64,000 nucleotides of DNA, taken from Phoronis australis. Lineage: Eukaryota; Animalia; Phoronida. The stretch lies in contig NMRA01000295.1 of assembly GCA_002633005.1 (NCBI GenBank), positions 85,124 through 149,123 of the forward strand, given 5' to 3'. The notes under the pieces are model-generated. The model ran no database searches. It had not been told where the DNA came from and saw only the letters and a list, made by a program, of their open reading frames with translations. Positions within the stretch are counted from its first letter, which is position 1. Each line of letters begins with the position of its first letter. Position numbers and translations under genes: made by a program. Shown piece by piece: positions 1 through 12,300 of this stretch.

Positions 1-5
1 TCACA

Positions 6-110
6 CACTACCCCCATGCACTGCCACGGTGCACTATTCCCGTGCACTACCCCCCGTGCACTACCCCCGTGCACTACCCCCATGCACTGCTCCCATGCAC
101 TACCTCATGC
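6..110. repeat. Minisatellite, 13-14-bp unit gcactacccccgt
   Basis: ~8 degenerate tandem copies. Confidence 0.8.
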
Positions 111-168
111 CCATGGAGTGTGCAGTTCATTGTAATTGTATGTAGTGCAAGTTGCTCAATATTTTCAG

Positions 169-308
169 AGTACATTGGAATCTGTTGAGACTCTGATCAA
201 AAGACATGAAAACTTTGAGAACACTCTCCTTCACCAGGAGGAGAGAATGAATGCATTGAGTGACATGTGTGACAAGTTATTGGCAGCTGGCAAGAGTAGC
301 AGCAATGG
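169..308 (+). CDS. SPTBN5: beta-H spectrin exon 1 (window numbering)
   Basis: ttttcag|...|gtaag; STLESVETLIKRHENFENTLLHQEERM; 140 nt. Confidence 0.9.
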
Positions 309-3300
309 GTAAGATAAAACTGTATTGTGATTTTTTCTGTGATGAATTTATAGTTTATTATTTACCTTTTAGTAAGTGTCATGTTTTCATAATGTCCCTG
401 TCTCTCTTATCATTAAAAAGTCGTATTGCAGTTTATTCCACTGTAGATTAGCAAAAAAAACTGCAATTAATTGACGGGCTCAGTCACCTCATTAATTAAG
501 ATGGTCAGGCTCTCTGTGATGCTGGTTATGTGTAAACGTGATAAATCGCCTTCTGCCTAAAATGGTTGTGAAAAAAATCCTAAGAATTTGTATGAGCAGG
601 CCTTTTGATCAATGGATGAGATGCTGTTTAGTCTGATTTGTTGAACATTGGGTCGGTGGTTGGATTCTGCTTCTTCTTTAAATCCAATACACTTCTATAT
701 GCTGCCTTTGTGCACTGACACTATCTGCTAGTTAATCCATTATAGCTGGACAAGTAAAAGTAGTTTTAAAAAAGCTGTAACCATGGTAATGGGCTCCCGA
801 CATTTTGTCTCCAAGTAGTAAGTTAATATGTATACACAATTTATAGTTACTGCACGCATGAAGCCTGATTGATGCTCATAATTGAATCTTGTAAGAATTC
901 TTTTCAAAGTAATTCTTAGTGGAATGTCACTTTTCTGTTTTTGTTGAAGAGGTATGGAACGCGAAAGCTTGCCAATAATATCTTCTAAACAATTCCTGAC
1001 AAAAGTACTCTCTGTCAATGTCTACTACACAAAGTTAGGACTTACATCAATTGCCTCTTAATTGAACTGGCTGCTACTTGAAGTCATTGTTTTATTTATA
1101 TCAAAGGTCAAAGGTCACATTTTCCAGGTAAGGGAAATGTGTTACATCTACGTTCTGCCATACCAAATAAGGAGAAAATTTTTGCCTCGTACGTGAAAAA
1201 TCAACCAAGTGACGAGCAGTTAACAAATCGTTTTTTTGAAATTTGAAATTAAAAGAAAAATGCTTTGACATCAACAGAAATTGAAATTCTTTACGAACTA
1301 ACTGTAAACATACCTTGTGACCAAGTTGAATTCTTTTTCAGTGGCATTGAATCAGTTTGAATAATGCAATTTAGTCTGTTTTTCATGTTCCATACTTGTT
1401 TAAGGTTATCTCCAACCTTATTAAAAAAATTGACCATTTTTACAATATTTCACTCGTGTCCCGCAAAATGCCTTATCTTCATTCTCAGGGAACTTCAAAT
1501 ACCGCTTAGCGAGAAAAAAAGATTTAGTAGAACCACTTTGGAACCGCACAACCGCGTGGATATTTGTTTACTACTTATCCAAGGTCAAAGGTTAAAGGGC
1601 TTTCAATTAAATCGAATCTCCCGCCAGGTACAGAACAGCTTCATGTACCCTCAGTCCTTTCATTCCCAAATCGCCATAACATTGAGCCAACGAGGTGTAC
1701 TAATGATAGAATTGTGCGGGGGAAAACTTAGACAAAACGTAGTTTTGATCCTAAGGGAGTTGTGCGTCTACATGATTACGACCGCTGGCATTGAAAACAA
1801 AGCTACAAGTCGCCTCAGGCCTCTGTGGTCATGAACACAGAAAGTTGTGAAAAGAGATAAATCCTCACCCTAATTCCTTAATTCAATTAATAAGTTGACA
1901 TTTCGATGTTTCAATCCCATGCTAATGATATACTTTAACCACCGATTCGATTTTTGTAATCCATTTCTTACTTGGTATCGTATCAGTCTCCCAGCACGTG
2001 GCGTGTACAGGCTATGAACTGTGACCTACTTAGAAAGTAGGGTGTAAACAACAATAAAAGTTGGCTGGGAACATTAATATGTGTATTTGAGGTTTTAATG
2101 ATTAAGTTAGTTGCGCACTGCAAAATCAGTTGACATTGCGAGTGAACATTGAAATAGCTAACATAGTTAAGGATTGTATAGGTTATGTGTACCGAAAACA
2201 AGTTTTCACCAAACAATTAACCGAAGTCTTTGGGATTTTCACTTGTCCCAGTTTAATCAACTTTTTCTCGGCTTCGGCAAATCCACTTCATTTGAACATA
2301 GGAACTCGAGTTCTCGAAAACGGCTTGATAGATTTCGGTGAAACTTTCTAAACTTAATATTTAGTCATCAATCTCAAAAACGCTGTTAGGATTTACAACT
2401 TCAATTTTTTCCAAAATACCTTACATTTTGCAAGTTGATTTGTCATAGAAACCAAATGAACAGACTAATCAAAAATTCCTAACAGCGTTTTTGAGGTAAC
2501 TGGTGAAGTTTTCATTTAAAAAGGTTTCGTTAAAATTGGCCAAGGGGTTATTTTGCTATGAATGTACCTTTCTTAAAAATGAAACTTTAACTTAATAATG
2601 GCACAAGTATATTTATATTTCCTGGTCTTTGTTCTTTCAGAAAATATATACTTTTACTAGTTGACAAAGCTTAGTGTCTTTTTGATATAGTGTTAGAATG
2701 GAGGCCACTAAATAAGGTTGGAGATAACCTTAAGGGCCACACTATCCTCAGGACAACAAGTTAACCTTTTCTTTACAGTACACTTTTTAAATCATGCTTG
2801 TTGATTTTTTTCATGGAATACCTTCAGACTCAGTTTGCTGTCTCAGTTGGTGTAACACTCTGGTTGGCTGATGGTGATCAGTACAAGTGCTTTTTGCAAT
2901 ACAGTTGTACCATAATCTGTTTACGACACCTTCTAAGCATGACAATAACAAGTAATGTCATGCTTGATTCATTACCACCTCTCTCTCTAGATAGTTGAAA
3001 CCTTGAACTTGTGAATCATCACATTTGTATTCTTAAATGACACCAAACAGCTTGTGAAGTACCAGACAGTCAATTTGGTCTGCAATGAATTATTAGCAAA
3101 CACTTGCATGACCTGAGACATCAGTTTGTTTTAATTCGTCAGGGCTGCCTAAGCACAATGAGAAGCTGGCCATCGACTACACAAGTCTAGTTAGTGAAGT
3201 GTCTAGATAACATTTTCTTGATTTCTCACATTAAACTCATTCCTTTTCACCTTCAGTTTACTCTTATCTACAAAATATCTTGCTGCGCTTGTCTGAAGTG

Positions 3301-6300
3301 ATATTTTTTGCAATTTTATCTAGGGTTGATGCTCAATAAACGTTTCAGTTTTCATTTTCACCATGCAATATCACTTAAATATCCTATTTTGTACTGCCAT
3401 CAGACTGAGATATTTGTGAAAATCACTTGTGAGGTGAGAAGAGGTCTTGCTTATCTATACCGACATTTGCCAGATTTGCTTTTAATTACAAGCTCTGTGC
3501 CTGTGTGGCAGTTATTTCTCATCCTGGCAATCTTTTGGTTTTTATTACAATTTTTATTGACATTCATCTTCCTAGTATATTTTATACAGGACACAATATG
3601 GCAGACAAGTGTGATTTTCTCTTTTCTTGTAACGGATAAGTAGCATTAAAAATACTACTTTGCCAGCTTTAAAATCCTGCATTGATTATTTGTTCAAATT
3701 AAAAATGCAAACTTGGAGAATGGAGGAGTGTCATGATGTCAATTATTCTTTTTATAAAATTGACATTGATGTCATATGAAGTTGTTAAATCTTACCTACA
3801 GCGTCCATCAGAGACGACAGGAAGTGTTGTCAAGGAGAAGGCGAGTGAAGGAGCGAAGCAAAGAGAGGCGTCGTCTTCTTCAGGAATCTCTGGCCTACCA
3901 GCAGTTCTTGAGAGACTCTGACGAGGTAAACATTTAGTCCAATGGTCTGCTTCAGCTTGCAGTTGGTGATGGTAATCAATGGTCTACTTAAGCTTGCAGT
4001 TTGTGATGGCAACCAATGGAATCCTAACTCTTTACCATGTGGGCTGTTATTACCATGGAAATTTATCTCTGTTGCCATGTTACTTTTATCATAGTTCTTT
4101 TTCTATGGGCTGAGTATAAAAAGTAGTGTGTCAAGTCTGGGCCATTTGTCGTGTTTGCATCCTGTGTGATAAAGTGTAAGCACTGTCTGTTTCTATTAAG
4201 GTTATCAGGTTCTGGTTTGGAAGTTATACTTGGCATCTGGTACTAATCATTAATTTGGATTTTGTATCATTTTTTTGTGGTGTGCCTGTTATTCTTTCTG
4301 CTGATTATTGTCTTTCATTTGTGTAACCTAGGGGAAAATTCCCATTAGGCAAGTTAGCCATGCTGATAAGTTTTTTAGCCTATTGTTATCTGCGAATGTT
4401 TTACTATTAACGCATAGTGGACCAGGGTACATGTGTCTAGGACATTCAGGAGAGCAACGCTTTGTTCGAATTTTGATAACCTCAAGGAAAGTGGCAGCTA
4501 AGTTGACTTTGAACTCTTTCTCACATAATTCAGGGTCTATGCTTATGATCAATCTGGATTTTGAGTGTTGTGTTCCAGCAATGGTTAAGGGTGAGAGAGG
4601 CGTGCTGGTGCAGCTGTTTTTTGCAGCACATGGAAGTTTTAAAAAAGGCCACCATTGACCTTTTTTGTTTTGCCACCAAGATTTTTTACTTCAGCTTAGA
4701 TGTTGAAGATTTTTGCATAAAGATGATGTACTGAGGTGGAGAGTGGTCTAAGGAACTGTTTCTAGGTTTTCTGCTGTGGCAATTGTGTTCAGTTTGAACA
4801 TGGGATGCATTAGTTTAATGAAAACTTCATTTTGTGGAACACGCTAAGTCAATGAGAAAGTCACCTAGTATGCAGAGTATAAAAATTCTGTTCGTAGTTC
4901 TCTAACCAAATACTAGATGGAACCACTAGATCTGGAAGTGAGCATTAGATGAAGCTACTAATTCTGTGACTGAACACTAGATGGAGCTACTAGTTGCTGC
5001 CTTATGGCTTTAAGGTGAAAAGGCTGCCATTAATTCATATGCAGGAGATGATGGTGAAGTATCATAAGCCACAATTCAAGTGTAACCAACCATTGAAAGT
5101 AACCAAAATTATACTTTCCTTTAACTCATTCCTCCCTGATCCCACCATATGGCATGACTTGTTTTCACTCAGGGACGATAGATAGGATTTAGCAGATTGC
5201 TCAGTTATCCATGTGTGTTGTTTCATAGATGTTCACCGTCAGACAAGGCAGGTGAATATCCATTGTGTGTTCGTAGGTATTCACCTGCCTTGTCTGACGG
5301 TGTTTGAATTTCTTGGCCAGAAATTTCCTTGAACTGTTTGTGCAGGTAGTTAAAGGCCAGAAACAAACATTTTGCTGATAATCTTGATGCATTCTGCTGC
5401 TATTTACAGTTGAAATCTTGGCTGGACGAGAAGTTGACATGGGCGTGTGATGATTCATACAGAGACCTTTCTAACTTACAACGCAAGCTACACAAACACC
5501 AAGCATTTGAGGCAGAGTTACAGGCTAACAGTGACAGGCTGGAGGTCATTTCTAAGGTCAGCTAGAGGTTCATTTGCAAATTAGAATTGACTTTGTCATC
5601 TGATTAATATCCACATTTGGCTAAATACCTGCTTGTCTTTTATACACGCCTATTCATCACCCAACCCCAATTTATACAGTCACAATCTGTTCCTTCAAAG
5701 CACCTGTAGAGAATGTCGCCTTCTAAAATATTCCAAAACACATGCACACAATTTGTACATGCATCTCAAAGAGAGTGCATTACCTGTAGTTTGACAAGAT
5801 TGTTTGAAAAAACAACTTTGTAAAAACTCTTAAGTTTTTTCAGTGATATTTATTTTTATCCATACTGGCACAAAATGTTCTATAAACTAAGTAACTAAAA
5901 CATTTCTCTTAAACTGTAAAGCATAAAATGGCCGATACTATTTCCATAGCATGCTTTGTGTCATGTTTAATATCACCTGTTTTAGGTCAAAGTTGGCTCT
6001 TTGAATTTACAATGTTTTAGTTAAAACATTTTGCAGTGTGAAAAAACCTGCAAACTTTTAGTGTTAAAAGTGACAGTGGTGACAATTCACAGATACTTGC
6101 AATGAACAATTATTCCAAACTTGTGAATACCTATTAGTAACAACACGTCATCTGATGTAAAAAATTGTCCCGTTCAGCGTCACAAGCACTTTTTTGCAGA
6201 TTTGTTGATTTAAGAAACACTCAGGGCTGTTCCAGCAAAATCTGTATGGGAGGGGGGAAGGCACTTTTATTTCGTACCCACCGCCCATATTTTTCATTTA

Positions 6301-9300
6301 TTTCTCCAACCCATGACCCATAATTTTTTAATTATTTTTAATAGGTTAAAATATAAAATCCAACACTTGCAAACAAATTGCCTCCAGGAGGACCTGTTAA
6401 GAACTTAGATGATTGACAGACAAGAACTAGTTGTCTTGTCCAATATTGTCAAAAACTATAAGTAGCCTGTGTGCAATACTTTTGGCAGCCACCAGGTGTC
6501 TCTGTTCACCATGTGTCTATAATTTCAATGAACATTTTTTCAATTATAAGGATCTATGAATCTCAAACTGTCTCCACGAACTCTTTTATACTTCTATGTC
6601 AAGTGAATATTGGAACTTGTTTATCTTACTCCTCATACTTTTTATTTAAAAATCATCAATTTTGTTATATGTGTTAACACCAGTTTAGTGTTGCAGAACT
6701 TTTCAATTCAATAGGACTGCAGACAAACAGTTGGCTCAAATCAAGTTGCCCATGACTTGGTTAATGGCTTAGTGAACATATTGCACTCTGTTCACTGGCA
6801 ATATGGGCTTTTTGTTTTGGGATAAGTTAGAATATATGCCAGTTGCATTTTTTTGAGTTTTGACAGCTGAAGTAACCAACCTGTCAACATTAACAGGTCA
6901 AAAAATACCACCCATTTTTAATGCATTACTTCTTATAGGAACGACCACCCATAATTTGAGTTTTTTTCTGAAGACCACCACCCATGAATTTTTATTTCTA
7001 CTGCCGTCCCCCCCCTCCCACACGGATTTTACTGGAACAGCCCTCATAACTTTTGAAGCAAGGAACTCCTTGTTAGATGACTTATCATGATTCATTGTAT
7101 ATATTAACATTGTGGCATGTATTAACATAATAATTTAACTTCAGTGAGGAACCTTTCTATTGATTAATTTGATCTTTTCAATACTGCAAACGCAGATCAC
7201 AAACAACACCTTAGAGAATTCTGAAAATTGGTTATTAATTTTCACTGCTTGTATTACACTGTTTCAAAGGTAACTAAATAGGAAAAGTACCATCTAAACA
7301 CAGTTTCAATACACTAAAATGCTGAGAAGTTCAAGTTTTCGATGTTTGGTCTGTATGAGAAAATCTGCAAATTTACTGAAAAATCTGCAAATCTTTTGTC
7401 CAAAGTACTCAGTGACAAATGCAGTTTTGGTGGTATGCAAGTCTGGAGATGTGTCATTGTGATGTGATTGGCTGACACACACCACCTGACGTTATCTACC
7501 TTTACCTCCACGACCATAGCCCAAAAATTACATGACATCCTTTTTGGTCATTTTGTCTGATTAACAAGTGTTTATTACAGGTATTCAAGACCATGGGCCC
7601 AAAGTACAATTACACCAATTAAAGTTATATTACTAGAGAGGCACAGACATTTCTTTATGTAATGATGATCTCTTACAAAATGAATGGTAAATGAAACCTA
7701 TAACGCCTTTGTGTCAGGGTTTTTCATTAAACTAATAATTTAGTTGACACTGGGACTGCTTCTTTATTTTTTCTGCATAAATTTAACCCTTAAGTCTTGA
7801 AATGCTGGGCATACGAGTATAAAAGGGATATTCATCGTTGAAGTTATTTGGACATAAAAGAATTTTGCCTGCCAGTTTCGACAGCAAAATTATGATTCAC
7901 ACAATGAAATCGTGTCAAACTGTGAATTTTCTTGGCAAATCCAATAAAAAGTAATGTTCAAGCATGTACTCTAAATATAAATTGAGAAAAGTACATCTTA
8001 ACTTAGAATTATTACATACGTCCCTCCGCCAGCCTTGTATGTCACAATCTAGAACACGTTCAGAAAAAAATATTAAATAAACTTAAGGTGGTCTCACAGG
8101 CAACACCCTGATTCAACCACACCTCATGAAAACCTTATTTACTTAGAAGTTTTTTAAGTACAGGCACCTAGTTATAGCGACATTTTCCACGTCAACTTAA
8201 TTTTTATTGTAAATTAAGCGCACTTTAAAGTAAATTGTAAGTAAAATTATGACACTTTGATGAACTCTTCAGTTTGGTGTCGGTCATGTACACAACTCCT
8301 ACGCCATCTGCCCTTTACTCATTGTTGCGTAGTGCATCTTGTCAGATTTTCATCCCTGTAAAATTTACATATTTTATACAGAGTAATTATGTCTTCAATG
8401 TTATTATTATTATTTAGTTCTACCTTAAGTATTGTTTTAGGCTGTTCATGTCTGGCTTAAAGCCCAAGACATTTGCAGTGAAAAACTCAAAATCAGGTGG
8501 TGAGTTAGCTGAGCATTGAGATTTTAGACCTATGATTAATTAGTAGAATTTTTTGTACCATGAACCTGTTTTTAGTAGATTTAAATTACTTTAAATGTAT
8601 CACAAATTCGCATTTGTCACTTATGGAGTGAATTTCTCCTTTGTAACTTGAGAACCAGCAAAACTAGCTAGCAGCTACAATTTTCATGTTGATCGGTAAT
8701 ACAAACTATGTACTGTGTGTTGGGTTGTTTTCTTGTGGCCGAATGTGATCAAGTCAATATATAGCAGGACACTATAATGGTCATCAAGTCAATATATGGC
8801 AGGACACTGCAATGGTCATCAAGTCAATATATAGGAGGACACTGTAATGGTCATCAAGTCAATATATAGCGGGACACTGTAATGGTCATCAAGTCAATAT
8901 ATAGCGGGCAACTGTAATGGTCATCAAGTCAATATGTAGCAGGACACTGTAATGGTCATCAAGTCAATATATAGCAGGACACTGTACTGGTCATCAAGTC
9001 AATATTTAGCAGGACACTGTAATGGTCATCAAGTCAATATGTAGCAGGACACTGTAATGATCATCAAGTCAATATATAGCAGGACACTGGGCATCAAGAC
9101 CACCAGTTGTGATGTCATTTTCTTGCAGTTTTCAAAATCATTACTTGCAGACTTCTAAACATTAAAGTAATGATATAGGTTTTAGTACTTTAATGCTGTT
9201 TAATGTGTTTATCTTGGCTTCTTTTGTTGTTTACTGTTGTTATCATAAAATCATCTGTGACCTTTGATTATCAAGTTTATTTCTGACTCTTCCCCTTTTA

Positions 9301-12300
9301 TTGATTTTTTGCTGATTGGTTGCAGCTCGGAGAGTCTCTTATACAAGATGATCACTATGCATCTGCTCAAATCAAGAACAATCTGTGTGAACTGGACAAA
9401 CTGTGGAAAGATGTGCACACAAAGGCGTCAGACAAGGGTGTGAAACTGAATCAGGCTCACCAACAACTGACACTCAATAAAACGTTAGACAATGCTCAAC
9501 GCAAGCTGGATGAGTTGGAGAAAGTTGCTTTGTCCCAGGATCTGGGTGGAGATCTGAGGAGCGTGAAAAAACTTCACAAAGAACACTTGGTTCTTGAGAA
9601 TGAGCTGAGAGTTCATGCAAACACCATGCGTGATGTGGTTCAACACGGACAGTCACTGGCGCATGCGGGACACTTTGACTCACAGTCAATATTGGCTCAA
9701 ATTCAAGACTTTGACCAAAGGTCAGTGGCTGTGTACTGTTGTGCTGCATTGTAGTAGCCGTAGTTTAATAATTATTATTTTTCGTAATTGTGATATTTAT
9801 TCATTGCGTATTGATGCACAAATAGTATTCCATTATGTAAATGTAAATGTGTCATTGAGTTATTTTGTTGAAGGTGTGAGTAGACAAGTTGTGGACAAGC
9901 TTGAGTTGATTGTAATCCAAATGTGGCATAATGATTTGTCAACTCATGTTTTTTTTCAAAACCTTTTTGAATGAGAGACATTTAGCAAATATGCCATTCA
10001 TCTTACTTTATTCTGTTGGAAGCTCACCAATATCTCTTGCATCTTTATGTGGTTATTACTTTGTTCTGTCGAAGAAAGTAGCTTTTCATTTGGACCTCAT
10101 ACTATTCTAAAATGGGTCTGGACTAGTTCCTTACTCAGATGAGAAGTAATTTTATCATGCAAAGAACTGACAGTTTGTTATTGCTCAAGACCTTGCTTGG
10201 TGAATGAAATGACACGGCATGACTAGTCAAATTGTACAGTCTGTTCTTTAGAAATAAAGAACTGTCAGCTCTTTACAATTCCACAAACCTCATCTATGTT
10301 GACTAAGGAACATACCACAACCAATCTATGTTGACTAAGGAACATACCACAACCAATCTCATAATGACAAGTGGTCTACATCAAAAGGTGTGTTTGTGAC
10401 TCCAGTCGAGTTTGTTATCGCTTCAAGAAATTTATCAGCTGATTGGTTGAGGTTTTTTTATGAATATTATCATCTGTCAAATGACTATCAGTTTTCAAGC
10501 ATGTTTACAACTTGTTAGGTTTGAGAATCTGCAACCCAGTGCCAAGTATCGTAAACAGCAGTTGGATGCATCATTATGTTGGCACCAATTTAACTATGAT
10601 GTCCAGGAAGAACTTCAGTGGATCAGTGAACACATGCCGTCAGCGACCTCTATTGAATGTGGCAGAACGCTTGTTGATACACAGAACTTGTTTTCCAAGC
10701 ACCAGGTACTGTGTTTTTCCCACTAGAGACTGGAGTTTTGCTTGAAACTTTGAAATGTCTCTGCAATTTGTAATAGTGTAATACATTGATCACAGATCTC
10801 CATGTGCTATGAAGTAAAGAAACAAATAACTTGAAAAGGTGTCTACTTTATGCCTATTCGTAGCTCGCAATGTATTAGATTGCTTTGTAAAGATGACTGC
10901 AGGTGTTAGTAAGAATTAATATTTTGTTGCAATATCCCGTTCTTGTAAACAGCACAGTCACGTGTTTGCAGTCTACAACACTTTCAGCTATGACCAGCTA
11001 TGGCCCTGTCACCCACTACTAACTCATATATAAGGAATGGACTATATGACATCTGTTCATATTGTATCTGTTCATTTCATATCTCTTCAGATCATACCTG
11101 TTCATGTCATATCTAATGTTGTTTTCTCGTATTGCTTAGCAACATTAGGTGTCTTCAACATAATCACTCTCTGTCTTTGTATATTATTTTGCTCTTGATT
11201 TTATGAACTGTGTCATTTTCAGAAATTGCTTAAGGAAGTTCAAGGTCACCATTCGATGATACAAGACATTCTGTTGACGGGTCAAAAGTATGTGAGTGAG
11301 AATCACTTCGCTGCACAAGACATTCAGTCAAGAGCAGACGAGCTGAAGCAAGGTTGGGACCAACTAGTCGGTGACTGTGACCGTAGAAAGAATGAGCTGG
11401 ACCTATCATTAAAGGCACAACAGGTGGGATACAACGGCAGATTTATGTGTATATGCCCAACTTAATGTATATTGTATAGTTAGAGTTTCAATCATCCTGA
11501 GCAACGAATTTGACAAAGTTTCACCTCACAACACTGGCTAAACATCCATTTCAACATGTTTCAATTCTAAATCTTGACAGTGTCTCACCAGGCGTTGCTC
11601 CATGCATTTTTCTGAAATTGTCACAACTTGCCATGTGTGTCCATTTACTAATAAACAATGAGCAGTTAGATATAATTATGTCACATTAAACTCAAATTTT
11701 AGTTGGACAAAAGGCAATTTTCTTGTAACAAAAGTACCACAATTCTGGCAAGACATTTGTGACCCACCACCACAAAATGAGTCTTAAGTTGGATTTGTCA
11801 TTTTTTTAATTGTTACTTTTCTGAAAATACAGTACTTTCTGATCATTTTGAGGTATGAAACATGTCCTTATCTTCACAAATGATCGAGTTATTGCCAATT
11901 CTAGTCGGGGAAAGCGAAAAGTTAGAGCTTTCAAAAGTCAAGGAAAATGGCCGAGAAAAAGTGCCGATAGTGTCTTTAAAATTTCCATAGCAACCTGCAG
12001 TTGAATGCTACTTTTCAGACTTATTAGTATACACAACAACATAAACAAATAAAAGTAATCAAAAATTAGAAAAATTATAGACCTTATTATGTAATCTCAG
12101 CCAAAAAGGAGTGATATTCATGTTGGTTTGCTGCAACTGGGTCAATAAATTTCCCAGCTAATGTATACAGGGTCAGTCCACTTGTGGCAGGAGGGGTTAC
12201 CACAAGTAAAACAAGTAGTTAAAGTGCATTTTGGAGAAGTTTAATAAAATGAAGTCATGTAGATTACAAAATACACGTTCGTGGCTGAATTTTGTTCAAA

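Noticed and set aside
1364-1834. 156-aa ORF
   Set aside because: Crosses the left terminus of a non-autonomous transposon and shows no recognisable domain.
4328-4690. Possible decayed LINE reverse-transcriptase fragment on the minus strand (LAATFLEVIK)
   Set aside because: Only one weak motif; too degenerate to support without a search.
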